From the IMG/VR virus record IMGVR_UViG_3300032046_000008, positions 1-64,000 of that record: a stretch of DNA of 64,000 bases. The stretch is one strand, 5' to 3'. The DNA comes from a virus. The notes below the pieces were generated by a model. The model did not search any database and had not been told where the DNA came from. It saw only the letters and a program-made list of their open reading frames with translations. Made by a program: the position numbers and the translations under genes. Positions 1 through 7,440 of this stretch are shown piece after piece (position 1 is the first letter of the stretch; each line of letters opens with the position of its first letter).

Positions 1-50
1 GGCCATGCGATGCTCCACCTTCGGGATAATTGACTTCAGTGATCTTTACC

Positions 51-473
51 TTAACTGTTCGACAACTCATTTTTGGCATCCTTTTCCTTTGAGTCTTTTG
101 ATCCAAATTTCTGCTCCATCCACCTAAAGATATAATCTACAACAGAGGTGCACTTTGGAATATCTGGATCATTTGTCCTGCCAGATGGACCGAAGCAGAC
201 ACCTGCGAGTTTCTTGCTTAGGATATTAAGCGGGATGCCATATTGCAGCAAGAGACTTGTTTCGACTCCTATTGTATCTAGGAGTCCTCGCAGCGTGGAA
301 CCTGCCTTGCCCATTTTGAGAAAGAGTTCTCCTGGCCTGCCATCCTCGTAGAGTCCCACAATAATGTAGAAATCAAAGATGCCCTGCTCTGGGTCAATTA
401 TCTCAACTCTATGAGTTATTGCTGGACGAGTTGGATCAAGATGAATACGTGCTACCATCCTGCGCACTCTCAA
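51..473 (-). CDS. Stand-alone TSCPD-domain protein (C-terminal domain of class II ribonucleotide reductase)
   Basis: Motifs FYIIVGLYEDGRPGELF, K.GS...GLLD...SLLLQYG, F.PSG.T and CTSVVDYIFRW match the NrdJ C-terminal TSCPD domain. Confidence 0.8.
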   Translation of the reverse strand: MRVRRMVARIHLDPTRPAITHRVEIIDPEQGIFDFYIIVGLYEDGRPGELFLKMGKAGSTLRGLLDTIGVETSLLLQYGIPLNILSKKLAGVCFGPSGRTNDPDIPKCTSVVDYIFRWMEQKFGSKDSKEKDAKNELSNS

Positions 474-787
474 TCTTCACCTTGCGCCTCCTTCGCGATG
501 CGGGCGGCACGGCGGAAGTCACCGAACGTGTACGTGGTACACTCCGCGCCCATTGGTGTCGTGAGAACGATCTTCTCATCATCGGCCCAGGCCCAATGCC
601 GTGAAAGTCGCCCTAATTTAGCAAATGGCTCCAGCGCCGCCCGCGCCTCCCTGAGCTCGGCGACGAGGGCGAGGGTTTGCTCGGCGCGACGCCGCTCTAT
701 CGTATCGCCCTCACTGTCAGCCACAACTATCCGGTGGTGTTCCTCCACCTCTATCCGCGCCAGATCGCGCTCGGTGATGTTGGTCAT
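470..787 (-). CDS. Hypothetical phage protein
   Basis: ATGA-type overlaps with neighbours; AALEPFA...TFGDFRRAA phage-type motif. Confidence 0.6.
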   Translation of the reverse strand: MTNITERDLARIEVEEHHRIVVADSEGDTIERRRAEQTLALVAELREARAALEPFAKLGRLSRHWAWADDEKIVLTTPMGAECTTYTFGDFRRAARIAKEAQGED

Positions 788-1596
788 GGCGTCACCTCAC
801 TTATTGTCACCTTACATGTCCCGTACCCACAGACCCGCTGGTGGGCCAACTCTGAGAGATCGATATCGATAACGTTGGCGCTACACCCTGGACAGACATC
901 CTGGACGATCACCCCCTGGCACCCCGCTGGTCCGCAGAGCATCAGGCGAACTCCACAGGGCCAGGGAGAATCTGGTCCGGTTGCGGCAATAGTAGGGTCC
1001 GACGAATCGTAAAGGTTATCCGCGTCGGCGTCGATTCGCAGCGCACATCCCAGCCATCCTCCGTTGTAGTCCACGGCGTCTCCCCAGGCGGCACCTCCTC
1101 CGTAGTGGGTCGCCCAGACGGTGGCGATTGCCGGCCAGCCTCCAGGGCTGCCACTTCCAAGATACGCATCCGTTCCTCCAGCCGATGCACTTGCTCCCAT
1201 ACTGGTCGGTGGATATGAAACGGCACCGTCAGCGGGCTCGATGCCGTCGCCGCGCCTGCCGAGGACGGCGTAGGGTTCAGTTCGCAGAAGGCTTTCTCCA
1301 GCCCAGTCTCGATGTCTACCAAGTCCCTGTGTAGCAGGTGTAAAGCATCCCTCAGCGCTGCATCCATCTACCGCTCCTTCGGCCGCCGTCGTATCGCCTC
1401 GTACTGCCAGCGTCGGTGTGCCCACTCCCTGCCCAAGAGGAACAGGTAGGTGCCGATCCCCATGCCGCCCAACACTGCCAACGCTACCCAGAGGATGATT
1501 TTGTCCATAAGGGCCTCCATTCGCAAAAGCTAGCCCCAAACTGATCGCCGTCAGGATTACGCCTAGCTGTGCCAGCCTGGGGATCGGGCACCTCAG
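784..1596 (-). CDS. Membrane-anchored RlpA-like/double-psi beta-barrel (DPBB) protein, paralog 1
   Basis: C-terminal ATHY...IAA...WPCG..L...V.VQD.CPGC...IDLS..A DPBB pattern; hydrophobic N-terminus; frame is open upstream of the TTG at 1539 to a CTG at 1596 (start uncertain). Confidence 0.7.
   Translation of the reverse strand: MRCPIPRLAQLGVILTAISLGLAFANGGPYGQNHPLGSVGSVGRHGDRHLPVPLGQGVGTPTLAVRGDTTAAEGAVDGCSAEGCFTPATQGLGRHRDWAGESLLRTEPYAVLGRRGDGIEPADGAVSYPPTSMGASASAGGTDAYLGSGSPGGWPAIATVWATHYGGGAAWGDAVDYNGGWLGCALRIDADADNLYDSSDPTIAATGPDSPWPCGVRLMLCGPAGCQGVIVQDVCPGCSANVIDIDLSELAHQRVCGYGTCKVTISEVTP
942..1367 (-). CDS. Nested out-of-frame ORF (141 aa, short coiled coil) inside DPBB paralog 1
   Basis: GAAGGAG RBS 6 nt before ATG; homologous nested ORF present in paralog 2. 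Confidence 0.5.
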   Translation of the reverse strand: MDAALRDALHLLHRDLVDIETGLEKAFCELNPTPSSAGAATASSPLTVPFHIHRPVWEQVHRLEERMRILEVAALEAGRQSPPSGRPTTEEVPPGETPWTTTEDGWDVRCESTPTRITFTIRRTLLLPQPDQILPGPVEFA

Positions 1597-1724
1597 CGCC
1601 CTTCCTTCTTGGGCTTCGTGTCCTCACGAAGCAAGCCCATCGTTTCGGCTACATCCTCGATTGTGCGGGTGACGGTTGCAGTCACCCTAGTTGCTAGTCT
1701 GTTGATCTCTTTGAGAACACCCAT
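1593..1724 (-). CDS. Small 43-aa protein (MGVLKEINRL...KKEGR)
   Basis: TGATG overlap with the upstream ORF and purine-rich RBS; below the ORF-track cutoff. Confidence 0.5.
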   Translation of the reverse strand: MGVLKEINRLATRVTATVTRTIEDVAETMGLLREDTKPKKEGR

Positions 1725-2020
1725 CACTCCTTCTCCTTCCCCGCTAGCGCGTCGAGGCGGGCGAGCATCGCCTGGACCTCACAACCTTCCATGTGCGGCT
1801 CAGGGTCTTTACACTCACAGGCGACACACTCTTTATCCGCCCCACGGAGGTCTGCGGCAGCCATCATCGCGGCGAGGACGGCATCATCGTCCGCATTTGA
1901 AGCCTGCCAGAACCGCTCGCTCGGTGCTCGGTCAGCAAGTTCTAGCAGGCGTTCCTTTGTCTCTTGGCGCCTCTTCCATGCCTTCTCAATCGTCATGATT
2001 GGCCACCGTCCAGCCGCCAC
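1724..2020 (-). CDS. Hypothetical protein with small Cys/His cluster
   Basis: CVACEC...H..GC motif; fits gene tiling. Confidence 0.55.
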   Translation of the reverse strand: MAAGRWPIMTIEKAWKRRQETKERLLELADRAPSERFWQASNADDDAVLAAMMAAADLRGADKECVACECKDPEPHMEGCEVQAMLARLDALAGKEKE

Positions 2021-2083
2021 ACATGCACCTTGTAACGAAGGATAGCAAGGGCGATCCGCAGTTCTGCTAGCGTCACTGCGGCT

Positions 2084-2446
2084 TCATACGAGATCATGGC
2101 CGGCCTCCTGGTGGCTTCCACCACTCTCGATATGGACACCATCAGGCATCTTCCTGGCTACCTTCGGCGCAGGCTGCGTGAGCAGGGCGCGAGCCTCACG
2201 AATACCCCCCTGGGCATCCATGAGCCGATCACTCTCGAAGTCATCGGCCAGCGTACGCCCGATGTCGTAGTCAGCACCATCGAGGCGCTTGATAGCCTCA
2301 GCCTGTCGCTCCTTCAGCGCCCCCACCCGCTGCTCCGCCGCCGCGAGGTCGGCCCGCAGTTCCTCATGGCTGGCAGCGAGTTCCTGTAGGATCGGGTACT
2401 CTACCCAACGCTGTGCGATGTCCTTCACCTGGTCAGCCGTCAGCAT
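2084..2446 (-). CDS. Hypothetical coiled-coil protein
   Basis: GGAGG RBS before MLTADQ; IREARALL motif shared with 8886..9155. Confidence 0.55.
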   Translation of the reverse strand: MLTADQVKDIAQRWVEYPILQELAASHEELRADLAAAEQRVGALKERQAEAIKRLDGADYDIGRTLADDFESDRLMDAQGGIREARALLTQPAPKVARKMPDGVHIESGGSHQEAGHDLV

Positions 2447-2723
2447 CACGCGCCTCCTTGAAGTGGGCGACGGCGGTGCTGAGGGCAACCACTACGGTGC
2501 GCTCTGTAAGGTCTAGGTTGCCGTATCTCAGGATAACCAGGGCGCCTTCTGCCGCCTCTACCAGTTCCCCCACCGCCTTCTCCATCTCGGCGGGGTCCTT
2601 GAAGCCGAGGCGGGCGCAGGCGTCAAGAACAGTTTGGGCCTTCCGATACCGTTGCACTTCTGGACATTCAGTATCCAGGTCGTGAACCGTATGGCACCGT
2701 GTACAAAAGCCTGTCGCGCTCAC
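2433..2723 (-). CDS. Hypothetical protein with N-terminal zinc-finger-like motif
   Basis: CTRCHTVH...CP; RBS and overlap with neighbours. Confidence 0.55.
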   Translation of the reverse strand: MSATGFCTRCHTVHDLDTECPEVQRYRKAQTVLDACARLGFKDPAEMEKAVGELVEAAEGALVILRYGNLDLTERTVVVALSTAVAHFKEARDADG

Positions 2724-2965
2724 TCCTCAACCTCCTCCACAAGAGAATACATGCGCCAATTCATATCCGCGTCTCCGATCGGTCCAGTAAATGATCTATG
2801 ATCTTGATAAGCATCAACTGACCAAATGTGCACAACCCCACAAATTGTGCAACGACCATGAAAATGAGGATATTCACTTTCCTCACAGCAGCATCCTACA
2901 GTCTCTATCTTCCAGCGATGCTTGCAAATTATTTCCAAAAGAGACATATCTAACTTTCTATCCAA
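2720..2965 (-). CDS. Small Cys/His-rich hypothetical protein
   Basis: CKHRW...CTICG motif; tiles between neighbours. Confidence 0.5.
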   Translation of the reverse strand: MDRKLDMSLLEIICKHRWKIETVGCCCEESEYPHFHGRCTICGVVHIWSVDAYQDHRSFTGPIGDADMNWRMYSLVEEVEE

Positions 2966-3805
2966 TTAATGTCTCAAGATCTCTGCAGTTATTTCACATG
3001 TCCCATAACCACAGACATTTTGATGCGCCTGCTCTGACAGATCGATAGTATAGATTCCACATCCTGGACAAGTGTCTTGAACGATCACTTCCTGGCACCC
3101 CGCTGGTCCGCAGAGCATCAAGTGGACTCCGCACCTCCAAGAAGATTCATATCCGGTGGCTGCGATGGTAGGATCGGACGAATCGTACAGATTATCGCCT
3201 CTTTGGTTCTCCGCACGTCCACATCCCAACCACCCGCCATTGTAATCCAATGTATCACCCCAGGCTGGGCCTCCTCCATAATGGGTTGCCCATATTCGGG
3301 TGGCGATTGCGGGCCAGCCTCCAGGTTGAGCACCTTCTGCTTCAGGATTATCATCTCCGTCTGTATCTGGTCTGCCCACTCCTGCCACTGCTCGGGGGAT
3401 AGGGGCGGGCTCGATTCCTGCGCCTCGTCGCCCGAGGACGGCGTAGGCGACCAATCGATTATCTGACCCTCTGGTCCCACTGCAAAACCAGCTTGCCAGA
3501 GTTTGTGTGCGGCCTTGAGACCCAGCATATAACCCCGAGTGCGAGCCGCATATACATCGTCCTCTGTTGGCATCATCTATCGCCTCCTTATGGCATTCCT
3601 CTCCATAGGCAAGCAGCCATTGTGTCTCCGCCTGTAAGTTCCATTGACAATCTGTGCACCGAAGAAGAGCAGCGCGAGCGTCAGGACTGCGCCCGTCAAC
3701 ATACCCGCAAAGAACAAGTTCATTAAGGCCTCCTTTCTGATATACAATACCGATGCTGGTTAATCCGACCAGGAGCAGGCCCAGCACCGGCCTTAACCAT
3801 CTCAG
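2966..3805 (-). CDS. Membrane-anchored RlpA-like/DPBB protein, paralog 2
   Basis: C-terminal domain highly similar to 784..1596 (WATHYGGG.AWGD..DYNGGWLGC, NLYDSSDPTIAATG, CGPAGCQ, CPGC, DLSE.AHQ.VCGYGTC); N-terminal TM; start at GTG 3787 or CTG 3805. Confidence 0.7.
   Translation of the reverse strand: MRWLRPVLGLLLVGLTSIGIVYQKGGLNELVLCGYVDGRSPDARAALLRCTDCQWNLQAETQWLLAYGEECHKEAIDDANRGRCICGSHSGLYAGSQGRTQTLASWFCSGTRGSDNRLVAYAVLGRRGAGIEPAPIPRAVAGVGRPDTDGDDNPEAEGAQPGGWPAIATRIWATHYGGGPAWGDTLDYNGGWLGCGRAENQRGDNLYDSSDPTIAATGYESSWRCGVHLMLCGPAGCQEVIVQDTCPGCGIYTIDLSEQAHQNVCGYGTCEITAEILRH
3118..3576 (-). CDS. Nested out-of-frame ORF (152 aa) inside DPBB paralog 2
   Basis: TAAGGAGG RBS 6 nt before ATG; similar to 942..1367 (PTPSS, LEAG.QSPP, GWDV, TIR..L..QP). 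Confidence 0.5.
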   Translation of the reverse strand: MMPTEDDVYAARTRGYMLGLKAAHKLWQAGFAVGPEGQIIDWSPTPSSGDEAQESSPPLSPEQWQEWADQIQTEMIILKQKVLNLEAGPQSPPEYGQPIMEEAQPGVIHWITMAGGWDVDVRRTKEAIICTIRPILPSQPPDMNLLGGAEST

Positions 3806-3864
3806 AGCACCTTTTCTCCGCTATTACGGAACCTCATCGTGACCTCCCAATTCTGCCCCGCCAT

Positions 3865-4101
3865 TTATTCTATCGTCCTCAACACAGTCTTTGGAGATAT
3901 TCTTATCATGCCAAGAACTAACCAATTCTGACCTCTGGAATCATGTTTATTCTGCCACTTTCTGGCGAAAATCCTAGCCTCGTCAGCATTAGGAGCCCTA
4001 AAGCCATGGAGAATGATCCCAGCCTCACTATCTATGATGAAGTATTGCTTTTCCAATCGACCAACTCCAGAAACTTCTCCAACGGCAACACAACCAACCA
4101 T
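3865..4101 (-). CDS. Hypothetical protein
   Basis: ORF tiles the gap; true start probably downstream of the annotated one. Confidence 0.4.
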   Translation of the reverse strand: MVGCVAVGEVSGVGRLEKQYFIIDSEAGIILHGFRAPNADEARIFARKWQNKHDSRGQNWLVLGMIRISPKTVLRTIE

Positions 4102-4331
4102 CGCGAGCGATCTGCTCGCAGCGCCAAAAGATCAGCCTTCCCTAATGCGGCATAGAGAGTCTTCCATCCATCCTTCTGTGATTTGACCTGCGCCTTCATG
4201 CCATTTGGCAAGACAACATCTTCGGAGAATTGTCCTCCCGCTGCGCCAGAGAGAGGAACACGCTGTCCCCCTGTCAGGTGCGCAAACTCATTCTCCCGTC
4301 TATATCCCTTGTCTCTTTGCATTCTTCCCAC
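4032..4331 (-). CDS. Holliday junction resolvase (Hjc-like PD-(D/E)XK)
   Basis: R.KG.R.E.E, RVPLSGA, EDV, QVK and ADR..WLVVLPL pattern typical of phage Hjc-like resolvases. Confidence 0.8.
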   Translation of the reverse strand: MGRMQRDKGYRRENEFAHLTGGQRVPLSGAAGGQFSEDVVLPNGMKAQVKSQKDGWKTLYAALGKADLLALRADRSRWLVVLPLEKFLELVDWKSNTSS

Positions 4332-4366
4332 GACACCCTCCAGAACATTCCGTCAAGGCGTAAAAC

Positions 4367-4425
4367 ACGTGGATCGCAAGGCCTGAAAAGAAAGGGCCTA
4401 CCGAAGCCTTAGCCGCTAATAGTTT
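4367..4425. repeat. Intergenic 59-bp element, copy A (inverted relative to 58783..58841)
   Basis: Ungapped manual alignment gives 46/59 identity with 58783..58841. Confidence 0.65.
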
Positions 4426-4470
4426 CTTACCTGCTCCGAAGCTACGCAAGGGTGATTTTACGTGGATCAT

Positions 4471-4698
4471 TCAAATACCCAATTTGCTCTTACTTCGCAT
4501 TGCTGCAAGTTGTTGTTTCTGGGCCTCAGAGAGTGGTTTATGTGCGCGTACATAAGCATGCTCCACTGCCGACGTATATCCTGTCCAGCCACGGAGCAAC
4601 AACCTCCTAGCATAAAGATCAAAGTGTTCTGGTCCACATTCTTCATAAAGAGCCTTGCAAGCCTCACAATGATTTGGATCTAGTTTGTCCCGTTTCAT
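4471..4698 (-). CDS. Hypothetical protein
   Basis: ATGA overlap with the upstream ORF; CEAC motif. Confidence 0.5.
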   Translation of the reverse strand: MKRDKLDPNHCEACKALYEECGPEHFDLYARRLLLRGWTGYTSAVEHAYVRAHKPLSEAQKQQLAAMRSKSKLGI

Positions 4699-5033
4699 GG
4701 TGTCCTTCCTGTTGTTATCTGGGCCTCGAGAGCCCGCAGCGTAATTTGGCGTGACACAGTATCCTCAAATTGACCATAAATTGCCCACAATTCTTTTTCT
4801 TTGAACCTAACCACAGGTAATGTAAATCGTTCAAATAATTCTTTATCACGAACTGCGTCCTTCTCAGAATCATGCCAATATTCTCCATCAGCCTCAAAAG
4901 CCAAATGATGCGGTACCAACTTGTGAGTCTCGGACATTTTGCGTTTGGTCTCAATCGAATGTTTCCTGCCAAGCATTGCCTGACGCATTTTCTCGATCGA
5001 TTCTGGTTTGTGCCGAAAGCCAATTTTGGGCAT
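4695..5033 (-). CDS. Degenerate homing endonuclease (NUMOD3 repeats plus truncated DUF559/Vsr-like domain)
   Basis: G..H..ES.EKMR and GRKHS.ETK.KMS NUMOD3 motifs; FEADGEYWH...D..RD nuclease half; C-terminus duplicates that of the upstream gene. Confidence 0.65.
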   Translation of the reverse strand: MPKIGFRHKPESIEKMRQAMLGRKHSIETKRKMSETHKLVPHHLAFEADGEYWHDSEKDAVRDKELFERFTLPVVRFKEKELWAIYGQFEDTVSRQITLRALEAQITTGRTP

Positions 5034-5656
5034 TAGGGATGTCTCCCTGTAGTTATTTGGGCCTCTAAACTTTTTATAGTTATCATACGGCTAACGGTAT
5101 CCCAGGAAATTCTATAGGCATCCCGCAGCCCCTTGATAATACATAGTTTGGCATCTTCTTCTATGAAGAGACGCTTAGTCTGACGCAATGTCTCATTTAC
5201 TTGAAGAATTGTTGCCTCCTTAGTCTTCTCTGTGAGCTTGCTGCTATCTTGAAGTTTGGAAGTAGCTATCATCATTGCCACGTCGTAACCTTCCTTAAGA
5301 GTACTGCGGCGACTCGTTATCTGGCCCATCAGGGTCTCCAGATAAGTCAAGTAAGCTCCAAACTTTTGGAGCAATTCGCTTAATTCACCTGTTGTGATAT
5401 CATCTCTCTGAGGCAGAGTTTCAAGATTCGGCTCTGGCACTCCTAGATTCTGCACCCACTCAGTGCTATCCTGGAAGACAGTCCACCACCCCCAGCCGCG
5501 CCGTACCGCGATAATCGAAAGTGGCAAAACGATAGGATCAATCCCTTGCTCATGCATTGTCTTGACTTGTTCCCATAGAGGATCTCCCTCAAGACATTTC
5601 CAATTCTGTCCGTATTCGTCTCGAATGAGAATTTGGGTCTCCGTCTCCGCTATCAA
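5033..5656 (-). CDS. UvsY-like recombination mediator (putative)
   Basis: Long helical protein ending ...SRMITI; lies in the RecA/exonuclease operon. Confidence 0.4.
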   Translation of the reverse strand: MIAETETQILIRDEYGQNWKCLEGDPLWEQVKTMHEQGIDPIVLPLSIIAVRRGWGWWTVFQDSTEWVQNLGVPEPNLETLPQRDDITTGELSELLQKFGAYLTYLETLMGQITSRRSTLKEGYDVAMMIATSKLQDSSKLTEKTKEATILQVNETLRQTKRLFIEEDAKLCIIKGLRDAYRISWDTVSRMITIKSLEAQITTGRHP

Positions 5657-6409
5657 TTAGTTCTCCTCGGTATATTTGATTACACTAGCAACATGCTCTG
5701 GCGTTAGAACAAATCCAGAGCACAAAGGATAGAAAGAACACCCTGAATCACGCGCCAACGGCGTCCTCTCAACCATCATGCCACTCCGCGCCCGTTCCAG
5801 AATATTCTTTAAGCGTCTCTCTATCCCATCCCAGATAGCAGGATCTAGTTGGTATATAAAGGGTTTTAGGGATTGGTCATTTTTATCCTCATATAAGAAA
5901 TATGTTGGCCAACCATGATGATGACGCATGTAGGGATGCACTTGTATCTTGTGCGCAAGAGTTGGTTCTCTGAGAGCCTTGAATTGTTCATGGTGCATAG
6001 TCTTAAATTCAAAGACATAGCGCTCACCAGTTGTGCGATTCCTCACAAGATCGTCGCATTCGCCTCGGATGCACAATTCTGGCAATTCCACGAGCCGGTC
6101 AGAATCTTTCTGCACCAGCGAGATGCCAGCCTTGTGCAAATATTCTTTCCAGTATCTGTCTCGGCAATGACCATTGTCGAAAATACGCTGTGTCCTGGCC
6201 GTGTGCGTCGTTTGTTGTTTGAGCCCAAGAAGCTCAAAGAGCAAACAAGCATCGCATTGATGAGAGAGACTAGAAGGATGGAACCAACCTGAATCACTGC
6301 GAGCCTTTAGACTTTTCTCGTGCCAGTTCTCTACTTCATCAACAAGCCAAGTTCCAGTTCTGAGGCCTATCAGACGACGTAACGGAGTATCTAACTTTGG
6401 ATTAGGCAT
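5657..6409 (-). CDS. Cas4-like PD-(D/E)XK exonuclease
   Basis: FHPS...C, IFDNGH, GECDD, FEFKT, Q...YM and C-terminal C..C...C. Confidence 0.8.
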   Translation of the reverse strand: MPNPKLDTPLRRLIGLRTGTWLVDEVENWHEKSLKARSDSGWFHPSSLSHQCDACLLFELLGLKQQTTHTARTQRIFDNGHCRDRYWKEYLHKAGISLVQKDSDRLVELPELCIRGECDDLVRNRTTGERYVFEFKTMHHEQFKALREPTLAHKIQVHPYMRHHHGWPTYFLYEDKNDQSLKPFIYQLDPAIWDGIERRLKNILERARSGMMVERTPLARDSGCSFYPLCSGFVLTPEHVASVIKYTEEN

Positions 6410-6749
6410 TGGTTCCTGCCCTCATTTGATGTTTCCTCGGTTCCGATGTGCTGGCCCACTTCTCTAAGAATGGTACGAGCCGTCTCTGAAAGTTGTCGCC
6501 ATTAAGACCTTCGGCCTTTATTCGCAATGTTGGAATAAAATATCGTTCTTCCAAGAAGGCATCTCGCTCTCTGTCGCTCTTTCTCGTGTGGCCTGGACCA
6601 TCAATCTCTACGCAGACATGGAATTCAGGGAGGTACAAGTCCAAAACCTTTGGAGTGAAATCTTGACATTCACTCAAGTAACTTATCTGGAGTTTATCCA
6701 GATATTTCTCCGCCTGCCGGTGCGGGCCTGTCCTTGTCGTTTCATCCAT
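6402..6749 (-). CDS. DUF559/Vsr-like endonuclease
   Basis: LDLYLP....VEIDG..H....D.ERD..L.....PTLRI. Confidence 0.75.
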   Translation of the reverse strand: MDETTRTGPHRQAEKYLDKLQISYLSECQDFTPKVLDLYLPEFHVCVEIDGPGHTRKSDRERDAFLEERYFIPTLRIKAEGLNGDNFQRRLVPFLEKWASTSEPRKHQMRAGTNA

Positions 6750-7440
6750 TGCTAATTCTTTTCAAAGCAATTTCTACAGCCGTAGCATCGGAATCACATC
6801 CCAGGAATTTTCTAAATGTTTGCTGGCATGCCACAGCCATTGTCCCAGATCCCAACATCGGATCAACTACAAGATCCTCTGGCCTTGTGCTACCAAGAAG
6901 CAACCTCTTCATAAGCCTGATAGGTTTCTGCGTTAGGAACCCAACCTTTTCTTTTGAAAAGGAACACTGATCCACTGGCTCAATATCATCCCACCAGTCG
7001 CTATATACAAATCCTCCACCTCCTCCACCACCCCTACGCTCATAGTTCTCTGGCTTCGGCCTCTCAATTCTTCTCCATCTCCAATCCTTGCCAGCGAAGC
7101 CTGCAATTAACTGATATTGACGAGGCCAGAATCTAGTAGAACGGCTCTTGAATCCGCTAATCCAGCCATTGCGCCAAGCAATACATCCTCGCAGTGGAGG
7201 CAATTTACCTCCGAGCTCGAAGAACATTTGAGGATCACCATGCAAATAAACAATGCCCTTTAGACCAATAAGTTCATAGGACCTACAAACTATCTTGCAC
7301 AGATTCTCTAAATCAAAGCCACCGAAGGCTCCGTGCCCAAATGGCGGATCAATATAGACCATATTAGCAGAATCAATCTGCGACAAGAATTCTAAAGCGT
7401 CAGCTTGACAGATTTTGATGCTCGGTTTTGTCTGCTCCAC
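6742..7440 (-). CDS. Beta-class amino (N6A/N4C) DNA methyltransferase
   Basis: Motif IV YIDPPF precedes TQKP..L and motif I DPMLGSGT. Confidence 0.85.
   Translation of the reverse strand: MEQTKPSIKICQADALEFLSQIDSANMVYIDPPFGHGAFGGFDLENLCKIVCRSYELIGLKGIVYLHGDPQMFFELGGKLPPLRGCIAWRNGWISGFKSRSTRFWPRQYQLIAGFAGKDWRWRRIERPKPENYERRGGGGGGGFVYSDWWDDIEPVDQCSFSKEKVGFLTQKPIRLMKRLLLGSTRPEDLVVDPMLGSGTMAVACQQTFRKFLGCDSDATAVEIALKRISNG

Noticed and set aside
784-3805. Rz/Rz1 spanins as the identity of the nested gene pairs
   Set aside because: The nested ORFs lack a signal peptide and lipobox Cys, and the outer ORFs end in a DPBB domain rather than a spanin coiled coil
5657-6409. CRISPR-Cas locus suggested by the Cas4-like gene
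   Set aside because: No repeat-spacer array or other cas genes seen; the context is RecA-type recombination
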